Part shown: piece after piece, positions 51,100 through 63,045 of the stretch | Layout: each line of letters starts with the position of its first letter | Numbering within the stretch: the stretch's first letter is position 1 | From: Chiloscyllium plagiosum | Taxonomy: Eukaryota | Assembly (NCBI RefSeq): GCF_004010195.1 | Contig: NC_057718.1 | Span: 21,247,612-21,311,611 of the forward strand | Reading direction: 5' to 3' | DNA: 64,000 nucleotides | Made by a program: the position numbers and the translations under genes | The notes under the pieces: generated by a model | Database searches by the model: none | What the model was told of the DNA's origin: nothing | Seen by the model: only the letters and a program-made list of their open reading frames with translations

Positions 51100-52930
51100 C
51101 TGATTTGGAAATATGGCTCTACCTTAATTAAGTGACTGGGTAACAAGGTGATGGGTGAAGTATAATGTAGCAAAGTGGATGGTCAGAGAATATTGGGTAT
51201 CCTTGTACAAGGAACACAAAGTTTACAAGCATTTACAGCAAACAATTAGCAAGGTAAATGGCATTTCGTGTTTATTACGAAGAGATTGGAGGAAATGGAA
51301 CAATGAATATTCATGCCACAGAAATGCCAGGCAATGACCATCTCTAATGTGAGACAATATAACCACCCCCACATTGACATTCAATGGTGTGACCATCAGT
51401 GAATCCCCTATTATTAACATCCTGGGGATTACTATTGACCAGAAACTGAACTGGATTTGCCATATGAATAAAGTGGCAGCAAGACCATGTCAGAGGCTCA
51501 GAACACTGCAGCAAGAAACTCACTTCCAGACTCCCTAAAGCTTGACGACCTTCTGCAAAGCATGAGTCACTAGTGTAATGAAATACTCCTCAATTGCCAT
51601 TCAAGAAGTTTGACACCATCCAGAACAAAGTAGCCCATTTGATTGGCACCACATCTTCATGAATCCACTCCCTCCACTACCAATGCTTTTCACCAAAGAT
51701 CCTTACTGAACCTTACAAACCCATGACCACTTCCATCAGAAGGACAAAGGCAGTGGATACATGGGAACAACACCACCACCCTCAAATTGCCCTCCAAGCC
51801 ACCCAGCATCCTGACTTGGAAATATCTCCAGTCCTTTGCTATTTCTGGGTCTACTCCCTCCCTACAGTATTGTGGGTCTACCTACAGTGTATGAACTGTA
51901 GCAGTTCAAGGCAATTGCAACTCAGGACAACCAATAAATGCCAGCCAGCCATCAAAACCTAAGTCCCAAAAAAGAATAAAAAATATCTTGCTACAATTGT
52001 TTGGAACTGTGGTGCGACCCCATGTGAACCATGGTGCACTGTTGTGAGCTTCACATTTGAGGAAGGATATTCATACATTGGAGGCAGTACAGAGAAAGTT
52101 TACTGGAATAGCACCTAGACTGAGGGAGTGGTCCTAAGATGAGAGACTGACCAAATTGGATTTACATGCTTTGAGTGCAGAATAAGAGGTGATCTCATTT
52201 AAACATACACTATTCTGAAGCAGCTTAACAAGGTAGACACAGATGTTGCTCTCTCAATGAATGCTGTCTGACCCACTGTGATCGCCAGCATTTGTTGTTT
52301 TCAGCACAGATGCTATTGAAAGGGGAATCCAGAATGTGGAGCTACTGTTGCATGTGCAGCTGAACAGAGTCTGCGCCTCAACAAATGAAGGTTTTCTGCC
52401 ATCATCCTCTGTAGCACAGGGATCTGCTTGGTCAAGTGTGGCAGAGGAGTGCAACTTATTGGCCGATCTAGAAGAGGCTCTTATGTTGAACAAGCAGTAG
52501 TTTTTTAAAAAACATTTTAGCAACTACTTACATTGATACAACAGAATTTATTATATACACTATTAGGATGATATGGATGTCAGGTCTTACCTTTCTGGGA
52601 TCTGAAGCTGCTCTGCCAACATGTCTTTCATCAGTATACACTTTCAGACTCACATACACAAGGTACAGCCTAAGACTTCAATCATCGAGGACTGAGAGAA
52701 GTAATTGCTTCACTGAGAGGATTGTGAATCTTTGAAAATGTCGACAAAGAGGGTTGTGAATGCACTACCATTGGGTTTGGTTGAAATTGGGATAGACAGA
52801 TATTTGGCCTTTTGGAAATCAAGACATTTGGAGAGCAGGTAGGAATGTACTGAGGCAAAAAAATCTGCCATAATCATACTGAATGGCAGAGTAAGGTCGA
52901 CAGGCCATCTGGTCTATGCCTGCTCTCATT
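51100..52930 (+). mobile_element. Old CR1 relic interrupted by other insertions
   Basis: Decayed MKYNVAK.., gaggaaggatat..ttggaggcagtacagagaaagtttactgg and tail ggccatctggtctatgcctgctc. Confidence 0.55.
51315..51983 (+). mobile_element. 3' fragment of a second LINE family (CR1/L2 group), nested
   Basis: cctggggattactattgaccagaaactgaactgg (LGITIDQKLNW, an RT C-terminal motif) and a tail caataaatgccagccagcc..gaataaaaaa. Confidence 0.7.
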
Positions 52931-54287
52931 TCTTAGGTCATGTCCTTTGTGTGTATTACATCAAAAACACAGGTTTTCATCAGCTTCACAGACCAGTGGC
53001 AACCAATTTATACAGACATAAATTCAAGTCTGATTCTGTTAATTATGGTTTAAACCCAGTCAGAATATTGTGACAGCCAAATGAATCACAGAATTTTCCC
53101 TTTCTCTGCCCCATTGCTGTGCACAATCTACTTCTGAAGCTCAATTCATACTATGTGTAACAACAAAGGCGACCACTTTATTCACAAACCTAAATCATTT
53201 ACTCATAATTCCCAACAGGAAATGGATGTCATAGCAACTCGGATGACCCAAATTAAGGGAGTGCTTGCTGGTTTAAGCAGAGAAGGTGAAAATACCATGA
53301 TACATTCACAACAATTAAATGTTGAAAGCATAGAGTGATATAATGACTTTGCCACTGATATTAAATTCGAAAATTTCAGGCATGTTCATTTTTTCAAATT
53401 GATATCAGCCAGCTATACTCGGCCAGAATTAAGGAACAAACTGGCCCACATGCAGGTATTTATGCTGGAGAAAGGACTCAATTCATTGATGCTACACTCA
53501 AAGCCTAAGGCTTGATTAAAACTAAAAACTATAAAAATAAAAGGAACGGAGAGAGATCAAATCTTAGACAGCTAGTCTCTTACAGATATCAATCACCATC
53601 TAAATGTAACTAGGCAGCATAAATTTCAAACCATTATTTTTAGTTATCACATATAGTTAATGAATAATCCCAACAGTTTATATTCCCATGGATTTAGAAG
53701 GTTGATTGATGATCCAACTGGAGGTGTTTAAAAGGATTCAATAGACGCAGAGAAATTATTTTCTTTCACTAAAGAATCCAGAACAAGAGGATGCAACCAT
53801 AAAATCATAACTAGACATTTCACAGTGAAAGCGGAAATGCAGTGAGTACCTGGCAGCCAGAAGGCTGCCAACGCTTGATCTACTACATTTTCAAGACTGA
53901 GATCTATAGATTTATTAATAGATAAGCATATATAATATTAACAATCAAAGGCAGATACTAAATTGAGGAACAGATTTGCAACAATGAAGCTGAATGGTGG
54001 AATACCCTCAAGGGAATTGAAATGGGCTATTCCTGATCTTACAAGCTTTGACAACCACCAAGAGTCAGGTTACACTGCATTTCTCTTTCCTTGCTTTATA
54101 TTAAAGTGCCTTTTTAAGTGTTGTTTTTGTCAGACTTGGTTTGGCTGTAACATCCACAAATACGATCAGTTTATCATTAAGCAAAGTATATGCAACTGTC
54201 CACAATTAAGTTCAAGTTCTGGAAACCAGCGAGAACGTATGTTTTTCCTTTTACCACAAATACAAAATTAGATTTTTTATTGTTGAA

Positions 54288-54760
54288 TCAGAATCATAGA
54301 GATGTACAGCATGGAAACAGATCCATCAGTCCAACTCGTCCATGCCGACCAGATATCCCAAACTAATCTAGTCCTATTTGCAGCACTTGGCCAATATCCT
54401 TCTAAACCCTTCCTATTCACATAAACATCCAGATGCCTTTTAAATGTTGCAATTTACCAGCCTTACCACTTCCTCTGGCAGCTCATTCCATACACGCACC
54501 ACCCTCTGCATGAAAACATTGCCCCTTTTATATCTTTCCCCTCTCACCCGAAACCTATGCCCTCTAGTTCTAGCCTCCCCTACCCAGAGGGGAAAAAAGC
54601 TTGTCTATTTATCCTTTCCATGCCCCTCACAATTTTATAAATCTCTACAAGGTCACACCTCAGCTCCGACACTCCACGGAAAACAGCCCCACCCTATTCA
54701 ACCTCTCCCCTAGCTCAAATTCTCCAACCCTGGCAACATCATTTAAATCTTTTCTGAACC
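54288..54760 (-). mobile_element. CR1 3' fragment
   Basis: Reverse homologue of 5167-5632. Confidence 0.9.
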
Positions 54761-55260
54761 CCATTCCCTAAAACTGCAGAAGGAGGAAACATCAGCTTTC
54801 AAATGAGCTGACAATCTATTGTCAATTCAGATGCATACCCTCAAAGATTTAATGAAAATTGGGTTTTTCATGTTTTGCACATTTAAAATATCTTAGTATC
54901 AGCCTTCATGTAAACAATTAATGGAGAAATATTCTTGAACTTGTATGACAGCCAATTGGATCGCAAGTCAATTTAGATTCTTGTGTATTTGCAAGGTGTT
55001 GGACAAAGAAATTGACTTTTTAAAATCAAAAACAAATTATTTTCATTTAAGGAGTGACACTTGACTTGTTTGTATAAATCTATTTGGTTTAAAATAAGGC
55101 CATCATCAAACACACAAATAATCTGCATAGAAGTGCTGAACAGTAGAATTCAGTTTTTAAAAATTAAATACAAATTTACTTGTTGTCCAAGAGCAAATGC
55201 TGGTGTCAAATAATGGTGTTGTAATTCAACATGAATTGACGCTTGCAAATAATAACCTTT

Positions 55261-56503
55261 TATGGATGTAGGTTTGCTCGCTGAGCTGGAAGTTTCATTT
55301 CCAGACGTTTTGTCACCCTACTAGGTAACGTCTTCAGTGGGCCTCAGGCAAAGCACTATACATGATTCTTGCTTTCTATTTGTGTGTTTGGGTTTCTTTG
55401 GGTTGGTGATTTCATTTCCTGTGAGGTTATTTCCTGTGCTGATGTCATTTGCTGTTCTTTTCTCAGGGGTCCAGCTTGATGTGTTTGTTGATAAAGTTCC
55501 GGTTGGAATGCCATGCTTCTCGGAATTCTTGTGTGTGTCTTTGTTTGGCTTGTCCTAGGATAGATGTGTTGTCCCAGTCGAAGTGGTGTCCTTCCTTATC
55601 TGTATGTAAGGTTACTAGTGAGAGAGGGTCATGTGGTTTTGTGGCTAGTTGGTCTTCAGGTTTCCCGGTGGCTAGTTTTCTGCCTGTTTGTCCAATGTAG
55701 TGTTTGTTACATTTCTTGCACGGTATTTTGTAAATGACAATAGTTTTGCTGGTTGTCTGTATAGGGTCTTTCAAGTTCATTAGCTGCTGTTTTAGTATGT
55801 TGGTGGGTTTGTGGGCTACCATGACGCCAAGGGGTCTGAGTAGTCTGGCAGTCATTTCCGAGATGTCTTTGATGTAGGGGAGAGTAGTTAGGATTTCTGG
55901 ACGTGTTTTGTCTGCTTGTCCACAAACCCACCAACACACTAAAACAGGAGCTAATGAACTTGAAAGACCCTATACAGGTAGCAAGCAAAACTAATATCAT
56001 TTACAAAATATTGTGCAAGAACTGTAACTAAATTGGACAAACAGGCAGAAAACTAGTCACCAGGATACATGAACACCAACTAGCCACAAAACCACAGGAC
56101 CCTCTCTCACTAGTATCCTCACATATGGATGAGGAAGGACACCACTTTGACTGGGACAACACATCAATCCTAGGACAAGCCAAACAAAGACACGCACAAG
56201 AATCCCTAGAAGCATGGCATTCCAACCAGAACTCTATCAACAAACACATCGAGCTGGACCCGATCTACCACCTCCTGAGAAAAAGAACCAGAAGTGACAT
56301 CGCCACAGGAATTGACGTCACCAACCCAAAGAACCCCAAACATATAAAGAGAAAGCAGGAATCATGTACAGTGCTTTGCCTGAGGCCCACTGAAGAGGTT
56401 ACCTTGTAGGTTGAAAAAAACGTCTGGAAATGAACCTTCCAGCTCAGCAAGCAAACCTACGTACAGAACCTCAACCTGAGCTAAAAATCGTCTCAAAATA
56501 CGC
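55261..56503. mobile_element. PLE family A head-to-head inverted insertion (left arm minus to about 55919, right arm plus from about 55920)
   Basis: ORF 55463-55939 VIYKIPCKKCNKHYIGQTGRK (GIY-YIG), mirrored on the right arm. 11-bp TSD taataaccttt (55250-60 / 56504-14). Confidence 0.93.
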
Positions 56504-56869
56504 TAATAACCTTTCATTTTTGTGGGAACAGATATGTCAGTTCACATATGATATTGCATTTACATTGTATTAACATGTCTTTCCATCACTTTGAAAGTAA
56601 TTTATCAGTATTAAGACAGAACAGTGTTCTGCAGTCCATACAGTATGTCACAGACAAAATACTCACGCAATTAACTAAATATTAGCCCTAGTCTGAATCC
56701 TCACCTTAATAAATGTATACTTTTTACATGCAGAAAAAGAAAGTACAAAGGTGCAGTGGACTGAAATTACAACAATTTAGGTGTCAGCCTTATTTCTCTA
56801 ATAGTTCTCTTGCCTCATGATATGGGAATTTTGTCACATTCTGGAGAGATGAACACATAATCTAGAGAG

Positions 56870-57035
56870 TGGCAGTGAAGTATTGGAATGTTGGAGGTGC
56901 TATATTTCAGATAAAATCTTTAAATTGAAAATTTGTGTCCCCTTCAAGGAGGGAGTAAAAGGTATTATGGCACTGTTTGAAGAGTAGATGGGGGATTCTC
57001 CAGGTTTACATTTATCTATGTTTATCCCTCAACTA
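56870..57035 (+). mobile_element. Ancient Deu-domain SINE relic (AmnSINE1/SacSINE-like core)
   Basis: ttggaggtgctatatttcagataaa..gtaaaaggtattatggcactgtttgaagag..tttatccctcaac resembles the Deu core as I recall it. Confidence 0.55.
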
Positions 57036-57569
57036 CTGTACAGTTCACTAGTGTAATATTAATATTCGAACATCGCATTGAGGATCTGAATTAAATGCTC
57101 CTGAATCTAAATGCCCAATCCTTTCCTCAAACAAGGACACAAAGGTATTAATCAAATCAGATAAACGCAATCCCTCAAAGCAGTAAAGCAGTTCAAGCAC
57201 CATTAATGGGGATTAGAATGATCTGACACCTGTTGCCAATGGGATTATTCAAAATCCCTCTCTATGGAGCCACAGTGCAGCATGCAATATAAAATAAGTC
57301 CATGTGTCAAATTTGGCATGGGCAACAAATATCCTGCACCACACAAGAAAACAATAAGATCAACAATCACTTTGCCTTACTATTTTTTACTCACTCTTTC
57401 TCTGGGCTCTGTCTCCACCTATCCACTCACTCCTTTCCCCACCCCCCTCAACAACATGAATATCACATTTTACGAGCTATCAGTTCGAAAGAAAAATCAA
57501 TAGACTTGAAACATTAATTCTGTTTTCTCTCCAAAGATGTTGTCAGCCCTATTAAGTTATTCAAAATGG

Positions 57570-59025
57570 TGGTTGGGTAGCAGGGCTCCGTGTCAGCTCT
57601 TGCCTGGGCTCATCTGCTTCCACACCCTTTCATTTCTTTTCTTCCCTTTTTACTTTTGTTCTTTCTCTTTAAATTTTTTCTTTAGTTTTTACTTCGGAGC
57701 CTTCTTAAGTGGGATAGTCAGTGAAATCAGCCTGGCAACTATAACGGGAAATGTGCAGAATGGCATCTCCTCTCAGCGGTCAGAGGTGGCAGTGGGTATA
57801 ACTCCTCACGGCAACAGGGATGTCCTCCTGACAGTTGGGGCTGGCAGCAGCAAGGGCAGCAAAACTCTCCAGCAATAGCGATCTCAAAAGATGACAACCG
57901 GAGTGGGACCTTTGGTGAGATGGCAGTGACAGTCTGGTCTGGAGCCAGGGACTCCAGTTACAGTAGGCCCAGACCGGAGACTCAACGATTTGGCAAGGTA
58001 GCGGCTGAAACAAATAGGACTCCTGATTGAGGAGTGAGTGTGGGTTCAGCACAGGACCCAGCAATGGCATGATGGGCCCAGCAAAGAAATAGAGTCAGAG
58101 ACATACAGCATGGAAACAGAACCTCTGGTCCAACCCGTCCATGCCGATTAGATATCCCAACCCAATCTAGTTCCCACCTGCCAGCAACCGGCCCATATCC
58201 CTCCAAATCCCTTCCTATTTATATACCCATCCAAATGCCTTTTAAATGTTGCAATTGTACTACCCTCCACCACTTCCTCTGGCAGCCATTCTATACACAT
58301 ACCACCCTGTGTGTGAAAAATCTGCCCCTTGGATCTCTTTTATATCTTTCCCCTCTCACCCTAAACCTATGCCCTCTAGTTCTGGACACCCCCACCCCAG
58401 GAAAAAGACTGTCTATTTACCCTATCCATACCCCTCATAATGTTGTAAACCTCGATAAGGTCACCCCTCAACCTCCAGGGAAAACAGCCCCAGCCTGTTC
58501 AGCCTCTCCCTATAGCTCAAATCCTTCAACCCTGACAACATCCTTGTAAATCTTTTCTGAACCCTTCCAGGTTTCACAACATCTTTCCAATAGGAAGACC
58601 AGGATTGCACGCAATATTTCAACAGTGGCCTAACCAATGTCCTGTACAGTCGCAACATGACCTCCAAATTCCTGTACTCAATACTCTGACCAACAAAGGA
58701 AAGCATACCCAACACCTTCTTCACTATCCTATCTACCTGCGGCTTCACTTTCAAGGAGCTATGAACCTGCTAGCTAAAGAGTGGGAACTTCAACATCGGG
58801 GGAGTCATGCAGCGAGACAGTGCAAGTTTCATGGTGAGCTGGCTCAGGACTCTTTCAGTTATATCTTTTATGCTTTTTATTCTTAAACTATTCAAAATAG
58901 CCCAGGATTTGTGGCAACTCTTGAAGTTTTTCCCTCTATTTTATTGTATTATTCAATACAAAATGCAAGTGACAATAAATAAATCATTGATAATTTATTT
59001 CTATAATTTTGATTTGTATTACAGA
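57570..59025 (+). mobile_element. Unclassified GC-richer repeat interrupted by CR1
   Basis: Abrupt composition shift, continuity across the CR1 insert and tandem AATAAA near 58975. No coding motif recognised. Confidence 0.35.
58090..58768 (-). mobile_element. CR1 3' fragment
   Basis: ORF LYRTLVRPLLKYCVQSWS..RVQKRFTRML..LSYRERL. Confidence 0.92.
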
Positions 59026-59070
59026 GACTCTGTATTTGTTCATTTTCATTATTTATAAATAAAGCTATTG

Positions 59071-59775
59071 TGTTATGAAGGTGTAAGGAGTACTGTACCT
59101 TTAAGAGAGTTGAAGAACTTAGCAAGCACACAGACTGCTGGAGAATTTACAATGGAACATTTGGTCCAGCATCTAGCAGTACCTGAATTGCTATGAGACA
59201 AAAAACAAATGCAAATTTGGCCAATTTGTTTAAATTATGCCCCAAGATACTAAACTCCAATCAAGGTATTTTGACATTATTAAAATCAATGAAAGGATCC
59301 GATGCTTTGAGGTATAAGACCAGGAAAATTGAACAGTTAGGGGAGAACTGCCAAGACACCAACATTTGCAGACTGCCAGGACAATAGCTCTCTTCAAAAG
59401 GTAACTTTATCTATCAACAACCTGTGAAATAGAAACCCTAAGAAGAAGAAAAGAAGACAGAGGAAGATTAGACAGCTGGCTGGTTTTAAAATTTGAATTT
59501 TTTGTAAATCTTAATCGGGGGTTTTATTGGACCAATCATGTGGGGGGGGGGGGGGGGGCATAAAAGATAGATTAAGAGAAAGGAGTTGTAAATAGTTGTT
59601 AGTTAATATTGTCTTTTGGACTTAAAGAAGAAAGTTCTTAAATTTTTTATACTTCAAATAGTGACTTTGGGGACAGTTCTTTGCCTCTTGATTTTTAACA
59701 GATCACAGCATGGGGGTGACTCTTTTCTGTGTTGCTGGTTTAAATTAGCAGAGGCATTTACCTTGTGTTGTAACA
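59071..59775. mobile_element. Solo LTR (ERV or Gypsy type), 705 bp
   Basis: Termini TGTTA...TAACA and a perfect 4-bp TSD attg (59067-70 / 59776-79). Internal G17 run at 59542-58. Confidence 0.8.
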
Positions 59776-60289
59776 ATTGATAACCATTGCAAACAGTGGA
59801 CATGCTTCCCACCTTATTTTAGATACTGTTCACTCTGTAACACTAACACATTACTGTATATTATCTTTAAAAATCCAATAAATGTATGCTAGATGTTAGA
59901 CATTATTCAGTAGTGCCCAGTTACCTCAAGTGTTGGTTCAAACTGAAGTTGAGAGATTTGATCACAAACATTTAGGCTTACATTCTAGTAAATGTGTATT
60001 AATTTCAACTTTAACCGAATTTCACTTAATATTAATAATCTGGTGTCAGACTGCAGCCCAATTTGCTAGATTTCTTTCTGGTAATTAACCTACAAATATT
60101 AAACATGCGCCACCTTTAGATTCTTTAATCTTACTTTAGGAGAAATTGTGCAGAGAATGTATTCTTTTGAAACCATCTATTTAATTATTTGAAAAAATGT
60201 GCAGTTATTAACAACCAGCAAGAAAGACTAGATAAACTTAGGCCCATCAGCCCGGTGCATTTTAAAAGTTTTTATTTTTGTTTTCTAAA

Positions 60290-60580
60290 TTGCTCCGTGG
60301 TCTCACCCATGCCCGTAATCTCTTCCAGTCTTACACTCTGAGCTCTTGCAATTCAGGCACTTTGTGCTGTTTTCATCATTCTACCATTGCTTGACACCAA
60401 TTTTGAGAAATCCCTCCCAACTTCTCCCTCTTCCAAGACATTCTTCAGACCTAATTTTTTTTTTTATCATTGGGTCACTGGTCCTAATCTCATATGCAAC
60501 TAGCGTTAAATTTTGTCTGATGTTTCTGAAGCCCCTAGGGAGTTTTTGCTACATTAAAAGTGTTACATAATTGCAAGTTA
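60290..60580 (+). mobile_element. L2-like LINE 3' relic
   Basis: Tail gaagcccctagggagtttttgctacattaaaagtgttacataattgcaagtt. Confidence 0.5.
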
Positions 60581-61164
60581 GATTATTATATTGGGGGTGT
60601 ACTAAGATCTGTATGATTCTGCACCTCAAGAAGACCACAGAATAATTAGGGATTTAATTGTTCTTCAATTGTTCATTTATTTCAAGCTGAAAAAAAAATC
60701 ATTGTCCTTAAAATTTCTACTTTTTATTTTCTTTCAATATGCTATTCTTTAACTATCAACAGTAAAATCCATTGCATTAGTGGAACCCTCCCCTTCCTAG
60801 TATTCTATTTCCCAACAGTCCCAGTTGGGTCTCTTCTTTGATGTCCAGTGTTTCAAAGTTCCAAGCAGCCATTCCCAAAGAAAAATACATGTTGGCATTA
60901 GCTAATACAATAACCATTTACCTTTAGGGTAGAGTACAGTTGTACTAAAGTCACAAGTTTTTAAATAGGTCAGTGAAGCAAGACACTGATTGAAAATCCA
61001 TTCTAATTTTCAATTTTTTGAATTCTTCAAAAACTCAAAAGATTTAGGAAAAATCTTTCAAAGTTTCTGAAGGCACTTTTGTTCCAAAATCTCAATTACA
61101 CAACCACCTTAGTTCTAAATAGGACAAGAGATTCTACAAGCTATATCAGTAGGGGAGGGGATGC

Positions 61165-61695
61165 AAAGGCCTAGAGGTATTATCATTAGACTGTTAATCC
61201 AGTGAGGCAAAAGTGAGTACTGCAGATGCTGGAGATTAGAGTCAAGACCAGAATGGTGCTAGAAAAGCACAGCAGGTCAGGCAGCATCCAAGGAGCAGGA
61301 AAAATCAACATTTCTGAAACGTCGATTTTCCTGCTCTTCGGATGCTGCCGGACCTGCTGTGCTTTTCCAGCACCACTCCAATCTGGATTGTTAATCCAAA
61401 GACCCAGGTAATGTTCTGGGGAGCCAGCTGGAAATCCTGCCACGGCAGATGGTATAATTTGAATTCAATAAAAATCTGGAATTAAGAGTGTAATGATGAC
61501 CTTGAATTGATTGTTGCAAAAACCCACCTGGTTCATTAAAACCTTTATGGAAGGAAACTGCCATCCTTACCCAGTCTGGACTACATAATTCCAGGCTCTC
61601 AGCAATGCAGTTGACTCTTAAATACCCTCTAGGTAATTAAGGATGAGCAATAAATGCCGTCCTGGCCAGAAATGCCCTCATCCTGTGAACAAATT
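61165..61695 (+). mobile_element. SINE family 2 with a nested PLE palindrome
   Basis: Homologous to 16630-17063. Confidence 0.7.
61202..61388. mobile_element. PLE family B inverted mini-insertion
   Basis: ggtgctagaaaagcacagcaggtcaggcagcatccaaggagcaggaaaaatc is inverted against gattttcctgctcttcggatgctgccggacctgctgtgcttttccagcacc. TSD tgttaatcca (61192-201 / 61389-98). Confidence 0.88.
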
Positions 61696-61939
61696 TTTCA
61701 AAAGTGTACTGATTCACAGAGACACAGATAAGGACAGTCTTCATGCACCAAAAATATACAAAGTAAGTCACTTATTCAGTTCATCACAATTTGTGAAATG
61801 CCATATGCTAAATATTTCATGATGGAGCAAAAATTGAACTGCAAAGTCACCTAGTGCCAAACTGGTCAGCAGCACGTCAGGCTTTCATGATCAGAAACAT
61901 TTTTTAGTCGGGAAATGGAGAAGTATTTTATTGCAATGG

Positions 61940-62535
61940 TAATTGAATGCAAGAGTAGGGAAATTATACTTCAGTTTAAAAGGGCATTGGGTGTGAGACC
62001 ATATCTGAAGTACTGTGTACAGTAGTTACTGTATTACAAAAGGAATTGGAAACAGTTCAAAGAAGACTTCCTACACTAATCCTAGAATGAGCAGTTTGCA
62101 TTGTGAGGATGGGATAGTCAGTTTAGCCCTGTATCACAGAGTTGAGAAGACTCAGAGGTGACTTAACTGAAACATAAAATTCCTGAGGGGACTTGACTGA
62201 GTGAATGTAGAAAGGATGTTTACTCTGATGGGAGAATCTAGAGCTAGGGGCCAAAGTTCAAAGATAAGGAATCACCTACTTAAGACAGAGATGAGGTAAC
62301 ATATTTTCCTCAAGGGTTGAGTGTCTCCAGAATTCCCTTCCCCAAAAGGCTGTGGAGGCAGAATCTTTAAATATCTTTAAGCAGAGGTAGATAGATTCTT
62401 AATCATCAAAGGGAAGAAAGATTATCAGGAGTAGGTAGGAATATAAAGGTGAGATTAAAAGCAGATCAGTCATTATCTTACTGATTAATGATGCAGACTC
62501 AAAAGGACCAAGTGGCTTACTCTTGTCCCTACGTA
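61940..62535 (+). mobile_element. Old CR1 3' fragment
   Basis: gtgagaccatatctgaagtactgtgtacag..ggagaatctagagctagggg..gagatgagg motifs. Confidence 0.7.
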
Positions 62536-62682
62536 TGCATGTTCGTATGTAAATGCTTGCAGAATTTACAAGCATGATTCACCATTGCAAATTAAATGGA
62601 ACTTCACTTACATTTTACTTAAATCATTAATTTTTTTAAAACTAAAGTTTTATTAAATGGGATCGATTTTTAAAAAGTGAGC

Positions 62683-63045
62683 ACCATGATAGCTCAGTGG
62701 TTAGCACTGCTGCCTCAGTGCAAGGGACCCAGGTTAGATTCCAGAGTTGAGTGACTGTCAGTGTGGTGTTCGCTCAGTCTCCCAGTGTCTACATGGGTTT
62801 ATGCTGGGTATTCTGATTTCCTCCCACAGTCCAAAGATGTGCAAGGCAGGTGGATTGGAAAATGTAAGAAATGTTTTTAGTCTCTCAGGTTATGCAAGCT
62901 AGATTGATTATCCATGGTAAATGCAGTGTTATGTTATGGAGATAGGGTAGGGCGCTGGGTCTTATTCGAATGGTCTTCAGAGGGTTAGTACAGATTCAAG
63001 GGTTGATTGGCCTCTTTATGCACTGTAGGGATTCCATGACTCTAC
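62683..63045 (+). mobile_element. Older V-SINE
   Basis: gctcagtggttagcactgctgcctca..ctcccacagtccaaagatgtgc..cactgtagggattc. Confidence 0.8.

Noticed and set aside
52591..52669. Minus-strand candidate exon LYLVYVSLKVYTDERHVGRAASDPRK with an AAG|gtaaga donor
   Set aside because: The acceptor is weak and it sits within a patchwork of CR1 relic and insertions. There is no independent support.
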